Virus record (IMG/VR): IMGVR_UViG_3300008255_000272
Location: 1 to 35,788 of that record
Strand: one strand, 5' to 3'
Length of the DNA: 35,788 bases
Source: a virus
Taxonomy: Duplodnaviria; Caudoviricetes
Position numbers and translations under genes: made by a program. The notes below the pieces were generated by a model that was given only the letters and a program-made list of their open reading frames with translations, ran no database searches and was not told the DNA's origin. This document shows, one piece after another, positions 16,498-26,486 of the stretch; within the stretch, counting starts at the first letter, position 1; every line of letters begins with the position of its first letter.

Positions 16498-17916
16498 ATG
16501 GCAATAGCATTTGATGCAGTCAGTGTAGGTTTAAAAGCTCCAGCTTCTGGAACTCCTTTAACATTTGCACATACTTGTACGGGTGCTAATAGAAAACTAT
16601 TCGTTGGACTATTTAAAACAGCAGGTGACACTGTAACAGGAGTTACTTATGGAGGAGTTTCCATGACTCTGGTTGATAAAATTGCTAACGGGACTGAATA
16701 TGTTTACTTGTATGAATTGATTGCTCCGGCAACAGGATCTAATAACGTGGTGATTTCATTCACATCAAATGCAATTGTTAGAGCACACGCTATTTCTTAT
16801 ACAGGGGTAAAGCAAACAGGAAGCGTTGACGCTTCTGCTAAAAACTCAACATCAGGAACTACAATTACAACAACGCTGACAACTATTGAAAATAATTGTT
16901 GGACAGTTGAATATTGTCGAGCAGGAGGGGATATTACAGCAGGTGCAGGAACTACTTTAAGGGGGACTTCAACAACATCAAACCCTCTAGACTCTAATGG
17001 TCCAAAAACACCAGCAGGTTCAACTTCACTTATAGCAAATTCAAGTGTGAGTTATTTAATGGCAACTGTTATGGCTTCTTTTGCTCCTGCAACAGATGAT
17101 TATCCAATGGTTGCTTCACTTGGAACATTCACATTGACTGGAATCGCATCGATTCTATCTTTTGGAAGAAAAATGGTTGCAAGTCTTGGAACATTTGCTC
17201 TAACAAGCGTGAATACAATCTTATCTTTTGGAAGAAAAATGGTTGCTTCACTTGGAACATTTGCTCTAACTGGAATTGATGTCATTTTCTACTATGGGAA
17301 AATGATTCTTGCTTCTGTTGGAACATTCACATTGACTGGAATAAATGCAACATTTGGAGTGACACTTACTATGATCGCTTCAGTTGGAACATTTGTTTTA
17401 ACAGGATTTGCAACAGCACTTGGAAAAGGCTTCATAATCTTGGCGAGTCTTGGAACATTCACATTGACTGGAATTGATGCATTATTTGCAATGGGGTATG
17501 GAGTAATTGCTTCTGTTGGAACATTCACACTAACTGGAATAAATGCATTGTTTAATTTTGGAAGGACAATGATCGCTTCAACTGGAGCTTTTACATTGAC
17601 TGGAATTAACGCTTTGTTTTCAATCGGATATGCTTTTCTGGCTTCACTTGGAACTTTTACATTGACTGGAGTGAACGCAACACTGGCTTATGGAAGAGTA
17701 TTAATTGCTTCTGTTGGAGCATTCACACTAACTGGAATAAATGTGACCTTTGGAGTTACTCTTTCAATCGTTGCTTCTGTTGGATCATTTGTTGTAACAA
17801 TGCAAAATGTAATTTTTAGAGTGACGGGATGGAGAAATCCTTTTGCTAAAAATAATATTTCAGCAACAAATACAACAAAAAATAGTGAAGATTGGATTAA
17901 CCAAGACAAATCTTAA
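16498..17916 (+). CDS. Putative fibre/adhesin with N-terminal beta-sandwich and 11 ~22-aa repeats
   Basis: Repeated AS(L/V)GTF(T/A)LTG motif in the C-terminal half. Confidence 0.65.
   Translation: MAIAFDAVSVGLKAPASGTPLTFAHTCTGANRKLFVGLFKTAGDTVTGVTYGGVSMTLVDKIANGTEYVYLYELIAPATGSNNVVISFTSNAIVRAHAISYTGVKQTGSVDASAKNSTSGTTITTTLTTIENNCWTVEYCRAGGDITAGAGTTLRGTSTTSNPLDSNGPKTPAGSTSLIANSSVSYLMATVMASFAPATDDYPMVASLGTFTLTGIASILSFGRKMVASLGTFALTSVNTILSFGRKMVASLGTFALTGIDVIFYYGKMILASVGTFTLTGINATFGVTLTMIASVGTFVLTGFATALGKGFIILASLGTFTLTGIDALFAMGYGVIASVGTFTLTGINALFNFGRTMIASTGAFTLTGINALFSIGYAFLASLGTFTLTGVNATLAYGRVLIASVGAFTLTGINVTFGVTLSIVASVGSFVVTMQNVIFRVTGWRNPFAKNNISATNTTKNSEDWINQDKS
17107..17820 (+). repeat. ~66-nt coding tandem repeats (11 degenerate copies)
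   Basis: Recurring GCTTC(A/T)(C/G)TTGGAACATT(C/T)ACATTGACTGGAAT. Confidence 0.85.
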
Positions 17917-17934
17917 TGGTATAATAATGTCAAC

Positions 17935-18078
17935 ATGCTAACTCCAACAGAGAAAAAAGAAATAGATGAGTTAAAAAGAAAGGTTAAAACCATTGAAGAT
18001 TGGATTAAACAAAAAAAACTACAACAGATTACACGACCACTCGATGAATCTTCTAAAAATATAATTAACGAACTCTAA
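17935..18078 (+). CDS. Small coiled-coil protein (47 aa)
   Basis: Manual translation MLTPTEKKEIDELKRKVKTIEDWIK...; 9 nt after the TGGTATAAT promoter. Confidence 0.6.
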   Translation: MLTPTEKKEIDELKRKVKTIEDWIKQKKLQQITRPLDESSKNIINEL

Positions 18079-18079
18079 T

Positions 18080-20101
18080 ATGACATTTATAATTCCGAAT
18101 CAAGAAACAAAAACTCATCTTCAAGAAAACAAAAACAATTTGTCAGGTACTATTTTCAAATCTAAAAATATTGATTTAGACGATGAAGGTTACATTACAA
18201 TGGCAGAGCCTTCTTTTGCTGTAATGACAACGGATGATGATGCTGATTTGGATGATGTGGATGCAATGTTGGCGAGTGCTGATACTATCTTTTTTAATTC
18301 GGATGAAGTATTTAGTGGCGACATGAATTTAAACACTCTTACCAACAGAGCATCTGATACAGATCAACCTACTCCATCTATCGAAGAAGATGTTGTTTTC
18401 TTCAATGACACTGAAGTTGTTTCAGATGCCGGAGATATTTATTACAGAGCAGGAACAACATGGACTCAAGTTTCAACAAATGTTTCTTCAACCGCTCCAA
18501 CTGTAATGTGTACTTGGGAAAGTGAAGCAACTCTTGTAGTTGGTGCAGACAATACTATTAAATTTGTAAATACATCATGGGCAATTCACGCAACAGTTTT
18601 AACACTTCCAGTCGATTTTCAAGTATCATCTCTGTGTGTGCAAGGAAATCAATTATTTGTTGGAACAAGAAGTCAATCAGGACAAGAAGCTAAAATGTTC
18701 ACAGTTTCGACAATTCAAGTTGGTATTGATTTTGCTTATGGAGTTGGAACATTTGAAATCATGTCAATCAAGCCTTTCAAATCATCAGTTGTTGCCATCA
18801 CATCACTTGGACAACTCTTGCGATTTAACGGAGGAGGATTTGACCAAATAGGACAACTTCCAGTTTATAACACTTCTATTGAATGGGCAGATGCAAACAA
18901 TGATTATTCAACAGTTGCAAACAGAGCAATGGTTGTTGATGGAGATCTTGTTTATATTAACCTTGCAAGTTTTACAGAAAACGGAAGATGGAAAATTCTT
19001 CCAGACTTTTTGAGTGGAATTTGGTGCTATGACGATACAAATGGATCTCTTTATCATAAATTTGCTCCTAGTTCTACAACAATTCAAAGAATTACTGGAG
19101 GAAGTGTCACAGTAGATGCAACAGATAATGATTTTACTTTGACTTCCGGAAATTTAAACAGTGTCATTACAGGAATGCCAGTATTATTTGATCAAGGCTC
19201 TCATGCAATCGGAGGGTTAAAAGAATCTGTTTGCTATTTTATTATTAAAGATAGCTCAACAGTTTTTCGGCTCGCTTCTTCTTATGCGAATGCGATTGCA
19301 GGAGATGAAATAGACATCACCGCACCTTCAGGCACTACTCAAACATGGTTTATTTTTAAAACAAATGATTACGGATGGGGAGCTTACGGAAACAGAATGG
19401 CGATGGCTATTTTGACTAATAGATTATTTGACAGCAACACATGTGGAAGAATTTGTTTTTCAGCGACACTGAATGCGAAACAAAATTTTTCAACAGAATT
19501 AACTGTGATTAATGGTATTTCTCCTTTCCTTCCAAATAGATCTTATTTCGTAACACCTAGACTTACATCATCAAATATAACTGATGCTTATGGAAATGTT
19601 TGCATTAAATATTTTCCACTTGGACCAGATGACGAAATAATTATCAAATATAAAGACATCGACAAAAAAGATTATCCTTTTAGTTCAATTCAATATAACG
19701 ATACAACAAATTGGAATGGAACTTGGACATCAACAACAGTTTTCACTTCAGTTGCCGACCTTTCAATGGTTGTGGCAGGAGATGAAATTGAGATTATTGC
19801 AGGAACAGGATCAGGACACATTGCAAATGTTGCTTCAATCGCAGAAAATGCAGGAACTTATACAGTGACACTCGATGAAGATTTTCCTTTTGCAGTTGCA
19901 AATGATTTGATGAGATTTAATGTAGATAATTTTACAGAACTTTGTCGAATTACAGCAGATTCAAATGAAGATACAAAAGGAACTTACAAAATTCCATTGA
20001 GTAGAAAATCAAAATTTGTTCAATTGAAAGTTGAGATGAGAGGAACAAGGATAAAGATTGAAGAGTTAATTATCAACAATACAGCAGAAAAAACAGCATA
20101 A
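18080..20101 (+). CDS. Tail stabilisation/nozzle protein (P22 gp10-like beta-propeller)
   Basis: 673 aa, beta-rich; C-terminal SKFVQLKVEMRG...IEEL motif; precedes the ejection proteins. Confidence 0.65.
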   Translation: MTFIIPNQETKTHLQENKNNLSGTIFKSKNIDLDDEGYITMAEPSFAVMTTDDDADLDDVDAMLASADTIFFNSDEVFSGDMNLNTLTNRASDTDQPTPSIEEDVVFFNDTEVVSDAGDIYYRAGTTWTQVSTNVSSTAPTVMCTWESEATLVVGADNTIKFVNTSWAIHATVLTLPVDFQVSSLCVQGNQLFVGTRSQSGQEAKMFTVSTIQVGIDFAYGVGTFEIMSIKPFKSSVVAITSLGQLLRFNGGGFDQIGQLPVYNTSIEWADANNDYSTVANRAMVVDGDLVYINLASFTENGRWKILPDFLSGIWCYDDTNGSLYHKFAPSSTTIQRITGGSVTVDATDNDFTLTSGNLNSVITGMPVLFDQGSHAIGGLKESVCYFIIKDSSTVFRLASSYANAIAGDEIDITAPSGTTQTWFIFKTNDYGWGAYGNRMAMAILTNRLFDSNTCGRICFSATLNAKQNFSTELTVINGISPFLPNRSYFVTPRLTSSNITDAYGNVCIKYFPLGPDDEIIIKYKDIDKKDYPFSSIQYNDTTNWNGTWTSTTVFTSVADLSMVVAGDEIEIIAGTGSGHIANVASIAENAGTYTVTLDEDFPFAVANDLMRFNVDNFTELCRITADSNEDTKGTYKIPLSRKSKFVQLKVEMRGTRIKIEELIINNTAEKTA

Positions 20102-20124
20102 TTTTATGTTATAATTTTATCAAT

Positions 20125-21543
20125 ATGGCAATACTAGACACACTAAAGCAAAATAAAACAGATCAAGTTGCATCATTAGATTCATTAAAATCTAATTTGT
20201 TTACTTCTCCAAAAGCAGGTAATAAAATTGATATTTCAAAATTTGAAGGTTATCAAGCTCCATCAACAGTGAGCAATAATTTAATTGCATCAAATATTGG
20301 AAAAAATCCAATTCCTGCGGATAAACTAAACGAGCCGGTGGTAAGTCCAATGCAGATTCAAAGCACAGTAAATAATGCACTTGCATCTTCTCAATCAGGC
20401 TTCAATGCTTCGGCTTCGAAAGTTGCACAAGAGCCAGTTGTTATTGCTGAAAAACCAAAATCAACACGAGAACAAATTCAAGAAGGAATGATTGGTCTTT
20501 TAGGAAAAGATAATAGTCTTGCAAAAGATGCTATTCGAAAAGAAGCTCAAGTTGAAGAAAAAGCTAGAACTGCCAATCGTGTTTTAAATGAATTGCGATC
20601 TATTCGTGCAAATTACGAAGACAAGAAAGATAAACTTGAAACCACAAACAAGGAAGGTCGTTCAATGGGTGCAATTAATAATGAAATTAATCAACTTACA
20701 AAAGAAACAAATAAAAACCTTGCGTTCAAGTCTATTGAATATGATATTGCTAATAATGATTATGTTTCAGCTCAACAAACAGTTGATAATCGAATCAAAG
20801 ATATAAATGATGAAGATAATAGACAAATTCAACTTTATAAAACTCTTTATGATTTTGTTCAAAATGACATGTCAGAAAGCGAGAAAATGGCTTCACAACA
20901 AGCGTTTCAGGAGAAACAAGCGGAACTAGACTTTGGAAGACAAAAAGAAATTGCACAACTTAATTCAACGCTTCGAAGAGGTGATATTGCTTATGAAAAT
21001 AGCTTGGCTCAGTCATTAATGAATTCTACTGGAGCAATTCTTACAGATGCAGGAAAACCATTGAACGATGCTCAAAACACAGCACTTGGCTTTGCAGAAA
21101 GAACACTTCAGTCTAATTCTATATTTGATTCTATTGGATCTAAATTTACAGGAGTAAAGTCCTATGTTGGACAAATGTTGCCAAACTTTTTAAAGACAGA
21201 TGATAGACAAAAATTTGAACAAGCTGAAAGAAACTTTATCAACGCTGTTTTAAGACGAGAATCAGGAGCTGTTATTTCACCAGAAGAATTTGCAAACGCT
21301 CGTGAACAATACTTCCCTAGAGTTGGAGATGGGGCAGAAGTTCTAGCTCAGAAGGCACAAAACAGAGAAACAACAATAAAAGGACTTTATCAAAGTGCCG
21401 GAGTTGCCGGTCAAATGCAAGGGTCACTTAATGTTGCAAAACTTTCAAATGATGAACTTCTTGATAGTATTGTAGAAGAAAATGTGGCAGGTCAAAGTAA
21501 TGAAGACTTCTTTAATAGCATGGTTAACTCACTTCAAAAATAA
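20125..21543 (+). CDS. DNA ejection / internal virion protein
   Basis: Helical, Gln/Asn-rich; NFINAVLRRESGAVISPEEF motif. Confidence 0.6.
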   Translation: MAILDTLKQNKTDQVASLDSLKSNLFTSPKAGNKIDISKFEGYQAPSTVSNNLIASNIGKNPIPADKLNEPVVSPMQIQSTVNNALASSQSGFNASASKVAQEPVVIAEKPKSTREQIQEGMIGLLGKDNSLAKDAIRKEAQVEEKARTANRVLNELRSIRANYEDKKDKLETTNKEGRSMGAINNEINQLTKETNKNLAFKSIEYDIANNDYVSAQQTVDNRIKDINDEDNRQIQLYKTLYDFVQNDMSESEKMASQQAFQEKQAELDFGRQKEIAQLNSTLRRGDIAYENSLAQSLMNSTGAILTDAGKPLNDAQNTALGFAERTLQSNSIFDSIGSKFTGVKSYVGQMLPNFLKTDDRQKFEQAERNFINAVLRRESGAVISPEEFANAREQYFPRVGDGAEVLAQKAQNRETTIKGLYQSAGVAGQMQGSLNVAKLSNDELLDSIVEENVAGQSNEDFFNSMVNSLQK

Positions 21544-21544
21544 C

Positions 21545-23344
21545 ATGGCAGATATAAAAACAGCAATCGAATATGCAAGACAAAATCCCAATTCACCTTT
21601 CGCAACTGAGCTTCGTGGAAGAATTCAATCAGGAAGGATGAATGAGGAACTTTCTAATGCAGGATTAAGCAATCCAATGAATCCTCCAAAAGACGAGGGC
21701 TTTGTTGCTGATTTGAAAGGAATTGCTTCTGGAATAAAGGAGTCTGCTATTAAGCGTTCTGATAACTTTGGCGAGATTGATGAATCAGTTGCAACAGGTG
21801 AAACAACCAAAGCTCGATCCCTACTTCAAAAATTCGGACAAGGTGCAGGTTTTGCTTCAGATATTATTGGTGAAACAATCATGGGAGGAATTAAAGCTCT
21901 TACTCCACAAAAAGTTCAAGAAAAAGTTGGAAGTGCTGTTCAAACAGGTGCTGAAAAAGTTGCTGATACTGAAACAGCTCAGCGAGTTATTGGATGGTAT
22001 AGTGGTCTTGATGAAAGTTCTAAAAAAGATGTTGATGCACTTCTTGGAACTCTGTCACTTGCAACTGATGTTGTTGGAGGTGCAATTGTTAAAAAACCAC
22101 TTCAAGAAGGTGCTGAAGCAACCATCAAAGCAGTTGGAAACACTATTGATAATGTTGTTGACACAACAACAGATGTTATGAAAACAGCAAAAGGGGCTGT
22201 TGATACAGTTAAAAACATTGCTGATCCAATTACAAGTGTTCCTCGTAGAGTTGCAACAAATGTTGCAACTAAAATGGATGCTGAAAAAGCAATAAAAGAA
22301 CTCCCTTCTAAAATTGCACAACGGGCTGTTCGTGATGATATAGATATTGTTGATGTTAAAAACCTTTACACTATTCCAAAAGAACAAGGTCCTGCTCTTA
22401 AAAAACTTGCAGAAAATGTTAAGCAATTTGAAGTTGGAGCAACAAAAAGTAATCCATTAGAAGCTGTTGGAAAACCTATTGTTAATAGATTGAAGGAGCT
22501 TGATGCAAAAAGAAGTGAAGTTGGAAAGAAATTGGGAAGTATTGCAGATGGTCTTGGGGACGTAAATCAAATTGAACTTGAGCCAGTTGTTCTTTCTAAG
22601 CTTCAGGATCTTGGCGGAATGGATGGTCTTCGACTTTCAAAATCAGGCGAACTTGATTTTTCAAATACAAACCTTGCTTCTGAGTTGTCAAAGTCTGATC
22701 AAGTGGCAATTCAAAAAGCATTCACTGAAGCTGTAAAAGATGGCTCAGGAAAATCAAAACACTTACTTCGACAAGAGCTGTTTGAAATTCTCGGTGGGAA
22801 AAAGAAGTCATTGGCAAATATTACAGATACTCAAGAACGAGCCTATGAAGCTATTCGTTCTGCTCTTTCTGATGTACTTGATACAAAAAATGACAGTTAT
22901 AAAGCTTTGAATAGTGAATACCGACAAATTGTGACTCCATTAAATGAAATGCGTAAATTCATGAAGGGTCTTGAAGGTGCGGATGAAGATATTTTGGAAA
23001 TGAGTGCAGGACTTCTTGCAAGACGATTGGCAAGTAATTCAGCAACAAATCCACGACTTCAATTAATTCTTCGAAATCTTGATAATGCAACAAAGGTTAA
23101 AGGAAAATCTAGCTTACAAACAAAAGAACTTATTGATTTTTACAATATTCTTGAGAAATATTATGATATTGCTCCTAAAGCAGGGTTTCAAGGACAAATC
23201 ACTGCCGGAATTGAAAAGGCTGGAAATCTACAAGGAGTTATTATGGATAAATTAAAAGATGTTGCAGGAAGAAGTAATCCGGTAAGACAAAAAGCTTTAG
23301 AGGATCTATTAGAGGAATTATTTGGAACAGTAAAAAAGAAATAA
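21545..23344 (+). CDS. DNA ejection / internal virion protein
   Basis: Start reassigned to ATG 21545 (MADIKTA), directly after the previous stop; helical, Ala/Gly/Lys-rich. Confidence 0.6.
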   Translation: MADIKTAIEYARQNPNSPFATELRGRIQSGRMNEELSNAGLSNPMNPPKDEGFVADLKGIASGIKESAIKRSDNFGEIDESVATGETTKARSLLQKFGQGAGFASDIIGETIMGGIKALTPQKVQEKVGSAVQTGAEKVADTETAQRVIGWYSGLDESSKKDVDALLGTLSLATDVVGGAIVKKPLQEGAEATIKAVGNTIDNVVDTTTDVMKTAKGAVDTVKNIADPITSVPRRVATNVATKMDAEKAIKELPSKIAQRAVRDDIDIVDVKNLYTIPKEQGPALKKLAENVKQFEVGATKSNPLEAVGKPIVNRLKELDAKRSEVGKKLGSIADGLGDVNQIELEPVVLSKLQDLGGMDGLRLSKSGELDFSNTNLASELSKSDQVAIQKAFTEAVKDGSGKSKHLLRQELFEILGGKKKSLANITDTQERAYEAIRSALSDVLDTKNDSYKALNSEYRQIVTPLNEMRKFMKGLEGADEDILEMSAGLLARRLASNSATNPRLQLILRNLDNATKVKGKSSLQTKELIDFYNILEKYYDIAPKAGFQGQITAGIEKAGNLQGVIMDKLKDVAGRSNPVRQKALEDLLEELFGTVKKK

Positions 23345-23476
23345 TTATTTCTTCTCTTTATTCAGTTCTTTGTGAATCATAACTCCTTGAATTATTTTTA
23401 AAATAATTAATAGGGCAATTGGAATAACATAAGCGATTACGAAATATCCAACTATGATTGCAATTATTATTGACAT
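23345..23476 (-). CDS. 43-aa single-pass membrane peptide, antisense to the late operon
   Basis: Manual translation MSIIIAIIVGYFVIAYVIPIALLIILKIIQGVMIHKELNKEKK; own promoter TTGCTT-N17-TATAGT. Confidence 0.65.
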   Translation of the reverse strand: MSIIIAIIVGYFVIAYVIPIALLIILKIIQGVMIHKELNKEKK

Positions 23477-23611
23477 ATAAACACTATACCACAATTAAAT
23501 AAAAAAAGCAACTAAAAGATAACTGTGTAGAAAAACATAGTTATTTTTTTATACATGTGTGGTATAATTTAGGCAATTAAAACCTTATTATTAGCACTAA
23601 AATGGAGTTCA

Positions 23612-23929
23612 ATGAAACTACTACCGGAAGTTTATCAGGCAATCATTCTACTAGGAGTTATTATATTTGGATCGATTGTCCACGCCACAAGCCAACTGAA
23701 AGTTGCAAGAGATAGTCGAACAAATTTCACGAGAATCGACTTCTTAATTCTTTTTGTTCTGGCTCTTTTTTCCGGTGGAGTGTTCGGTTTAATTGCTACA
23801 ATATTGTTTGAACAGCAATATCTTGTAATTTTATTTTCTGCGGTGGGATCATTCTTAGGAATGGCAGGATTGAATCGAGTGGCGAATATATTATTGGATA
23901 TTCTTTCAGGTGTAATGACTAGAAAATAG
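23612..23929 (+). CDS. Holin-like membrane protein (three hydrophobic segments)
   Basis: Hydrophobicity pattern; first gene of the lysis cassette. Confidence 0.65.
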   Translation: MKLLPEVYQAIILLGVIIFGSIVHATSQLKVARDSRTNFTRIDFLILFVLALFSGGVFGLIATILFEQQYLVILFSAVGSFLGMAGLNRVANILLDILSGVMTRK

Positions 23930-23933
23930 GCTT

Positions 23934-24092
23934 ATGAGAAAATTTATGAGAAAACTAAAGCAACATGTAACTTTTAAGGATTTAATCATCGCCTTTTTAG
24001 GATTAATAATTGTTTTTATTTTGCTGACTCCATTAATTTTCGCAACCGAATATGTCTGCAAAAAGTATTTTGACATTGATGTGTTAAAATAA
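23934..24092 (+). CDS. 52-aa membrane protein with dual-start-like N-terminus (MRKFMRK)
   Basis: Manual translation; one hydrophobic segment; lysis cassette. Confidence 0.55.
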   Translation: MRKFMRKLKQHVTFKDLIIAFLGLIIVFILLTPLIFATEYVCKKYFDIDVLK

Positions 24093-24115
24093 AATTATTA
24101 ATAACCTTAAGAAAC

Positions 24116-24295
24116 ATGGAAAACATTTTCAAATCAGCATCAAAAATCGTGTTCATACTTTTAACAGTAACCGCCTGTGCAGGATTCGTTTTGGAACTCT
24201 TGCCGGTGGACCAATTCATGCTTTTAGCAGTTGGAGCTTCATCATTTTACTTCTCACATAAAGGAAGTGAAGGAGATAATTATCTAGGAAAATAA
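24116..24295 (+). CDS. 59-aa two-helix membrane protein (holin-like)
   Basis: Manual translation MENIFKSASKIVFILLTVTACAGF...QFMLLAVGASSFYFSHK; directly upstream of the endolysin. Confidence 0.65.
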   Translation: MENIFKSASKIVFILLTVTACAGFVLELLPVDQFMLLAVGASSFYFSHKGSEGDNYLGK

Positions 24296-24296
24296 C

Positions 24297-25289
24297 ATGC
24301 ATAAATATTCAGGAATTATAGACGATCCACGAAAGGATCTTAAAGTTATAAATGGATGGAGCGTGGATGAAGTTTTACCACAATCTGCATCCTTTGAATG
24401 GAAGAAAAAAGACAAATTAAAAAGTTATCCTGTTTGGAATCAAGCAGGATCATCTGCGTGTGTAGCTTTCTCAAAAGCAAAGCAACTATCAATTAAAATA
24501 TTCATTCTTACTGGAGTGTGGATTGATTTTTCACCTGCTTCTATTTATCAGCTTCGAATTAATCAAGGACAATTAGGGATGCACATTCCAAACGCCAATG
24601 AAATCGTTGCAAAGCGTGGAGCAACACTTGAAGCACTCATGAAGAGCCAGAATTTGACTGAGGATCAAATTAATACAGTGAAACGAACAAAGGTTGCTGA
24701 TCTCTTTGCAAAGGCTATTGCTGAGGCTGTGGTGGCTTATTTCTACTTTCCTCAAGGTACAAACATTGATCGTCTTGCTCAGGCTCTTGAAGCCGGAAAG
24801 AATCCAACTCTTTTGGTTTACGGAACATACGCAGAATGGTCAAAAAAAGTTCCTGTCATTCTAGATTCAAATGTGACTTATGAAGGAGCAGAAGTTCGTC
24901 ATGAAGTTGTTTGTGAAGACTATTACCTAAACAAAAATGGAGTGAAATGTTTGAAGATTGGAGATTCAGCACACTTTGGAGGTTATACCGAAAGAGAAGT
25001 GACAGAAGATTTTTTCAACAAGCGATGTATTCTTTCGGATGTGATTGAAACATTCTCATTTGAAGGAGGAGAAGGCGACAAGCCAAAATATGATGGATCA
25101 ATTATATCAGTTCAACGATGTCTAAAATATGAAGGACTCCTTGCGGTTGAAGTTCCGGAGATTGAAAACTTCGGACCATTGACTCAACAAGCCATTATGA
25201 AATTTCAAGTGAGATATGGTTTACATCCAACTGGAGTTCCAAACATTGGACCGATGACTCGTGCAAAACTTCAAGAATTGTATTCTTAA
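24297..25289 (+). CDS. Endolysin candidate: papain-like (C1) cysteine peptidase plus C-terminal peptidoglycan-binding domain
   Basis: NQAGSSACVAFS (oxyanion Gln, catalytic Cys); RHEVV (His); GDSAHFG; FGPLTQQAIMKFQVRYGL...GPMTRAKL. Confidence 0.8.
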   Translation: MHKYSGIIDDPRKDLKVINGWSVDEVLPQSASFEWKKKDKLKSYPVWNQAGSSACVAFSKAKQLSIKIFILTGVWIDFSPASIYQLRINQGQLGMHIPNANEIVAKRGATLEALMKSQNLTEDQINTVKRTKVADLFAKAIAEAVVAYFYFPQGTNIDRLAQALEAGKNPTLLVYGTYAEWSKKVPVILDSNVTYEGAEVRHEVVCEDYYLNKNGVKCLKIGDSAHFGGYTEREVTEDFFNKRCILSDVIETFSFEGGEGDKPKYDGSIISVQRCLKYEGLLAVEVPEIENFGPLTQQAIMKFQVRYGLHPTGVPNIGPMTRAKLQELYS

Positions 25290-25390
25290 TATAGTATAAT
25301 TATTTGCAGTTGTTCTTTCCCACTGTAATGCAAAAGCAAAGATTTCTTAGTCGATTATTTTTGTAATGAGAAGGTCTGGAAGAATTTAAT

Positions 25391-25840
25391 GTGAGGCTTA
25401 TAAAAAAAATCATTATACTAATCGCAACTGTTCTCCTTTTACTAGCAATCCCTGTGTTTGCTCAAGGTCCAGAAGAAATAATTGTTCTGGAAGAAGTAAA
25501 GGAAGAGTTGCCAGTTAAAAAACAACTTAATACTGAAGAGAAAATAAAAGAATATTTTAGTGATGTGCCGATTATGATTGATGTCGCAAGATGTGAATCA
25601 ACTTACCGGCAATTTGATGAAAATGGTGAGATCTTAAGAGGAAAAGTAAACTCAAAAGATGTTGGTGCATTGCAAGTGAACGAATATTGGCACTTGGAAA
25701 CTTCAAAAAAATTAGGTTTAGACATTTACACTTTGGAAGGGAATTTGGCTTACGGAAGATACTTGTATTCTCAAAACGGAACAAGAGATTGGAATGCTTC
25801 AAAGCATTGTTGGAATCCATACAGAGAAGTCACTTTATAA
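25391..25840 (+). CDS. Lytic transglycosylase (SLT/lysozyme-like) with signal peptide
   Basis: VARCES (catalytic Glu); DVGALQVN; GTRDW; hydrophobic N-terminus. Confidence 0.82.
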   Translation: MRLIKKIIILIATVLLLLAIPVFAQGPEEIIVLEEVKEELPVKKQLNTEEKIKEYFSDVPIMIDVARCESTYRQFDENGEILRGKVNSKDVGALQVNEYWHLETSKKLGLDIYTLEGNLAYGRYLYSQNGTRDWNASKHCWNPYREVTL

Positions 25841-25855
25841 TTAATTTACAAAACT

Positions 25856-25954
25856 ATGAGTGAAAACGAAATTCAAGACAATACAGTTGCAGAAACTCCG
25901 GCTGAGCCAATGGCTGATCCTGCAGAAGCAAATGTTTGCGATTCTTGCCAATAG
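25856..25954 (+). CDS. 32-aa acidic peptide ending DPAEANVCDSCQ
   Basis: Manual translation; followed by stacked stops TAG TAG TAA. Confidence 0.65.
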   Translation: MSENEIQDNTVAETPAEPMADPAEANVCDSCQ

Positions 25955-25995
25955 TAGTAAAATAAAATAGTTTCATCGGTTGGAACGACTAACTC

Positions 25996-26028
25996 CGCAT
26001 TATGAATAAGGTGCGGTGTTTTTCTTTT
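25996..26028 (+). terminator. Rho-independent terminator of the lysis operon
   Basis: CCGCAT...GTGCGG stem followed by TGTTTTTCTTTT. Confidence 0.6.
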
Positions 26029-26138
26029 GTGATAAAATATTGAGGTTGAATATCGACCTTCAACATAGGAAATCCACACATCATACCTGTGTGGATTTTC
26101 GTTTGTGTTATAATTTGGTACTGAAAGGGGGTCTTTTT

Positions 26139-26333
26139 ATGAGTAGTCTAGAAGAAGAAGTTTATTACCAAAGTGAGTTGTTTGGCAATGATCCAGAATT
26201 TCCACCGAACTACCAATTCGGAGGATTACAATGGGGAGCTGTCGAAGACAAACTCATCGACGACACAACGGAAGTTTCTTCCGTCTATCGGAAATCGAAG
26301 TTTCAAGAGGACTTTGAGGAAGGATTCATTTAA
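26139..26333 (+). CDS. Small acidic hypothetical protein (64 aa)
   Basis: Promoter TGTTATAAT at 26106; SD-like AAGGGGGT before ATG 26139. Confidence 0.55.
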   Translation: MSSLEEEVYYQSELFGNDPEFPPNYQFGGLQWGAVEDKLIDDTTEVSSVYRKSKFQEDFEEGFI

Positions 26334-26349
26334 CAAGTACAATTCGATT

Positions 26350-26485
26350 CTAAAACGAGTCTAATTATACTCGAAACAATTTGTCCGAAGTGACAAGTGC
26401 CGAAATAGGTTCGCTACCGAAAGGAGGTATACATCTAAGAGGGCTGGTGACAGCAGTGTCCGATTTGGGCTGATCCCCCAAAGCA
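26350..26485 (+). ncRNA. Candidate structured non-coding RNA
   Basis: Serial hairpins including CC-GAAA-GG and GCTG-GTGA-CAGC GNRA tetraloops in an ORF-free, GC-elevated region. Confidence 0.4.
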
Positions 26486-26486
26486 A

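Noticed and set aside
17107-17820. CRISPR array
   Set aside because: Repeats are degenerate, in frame and protein-coding; no cas genes (the Cas4-like nuclease is a usual phage recombination gene).
25981-25989. TGGAACGAC match to the VR-like segment as a DGR template
   Set aside because: Only 9 nt, with no extended A-only-mismatch alignment.
26366-26431. tRNA gene
   Set aside because: Multi-hairpin with a T-loop-like motif, but no proper acceptor stem, D-arm or anticodon arm.
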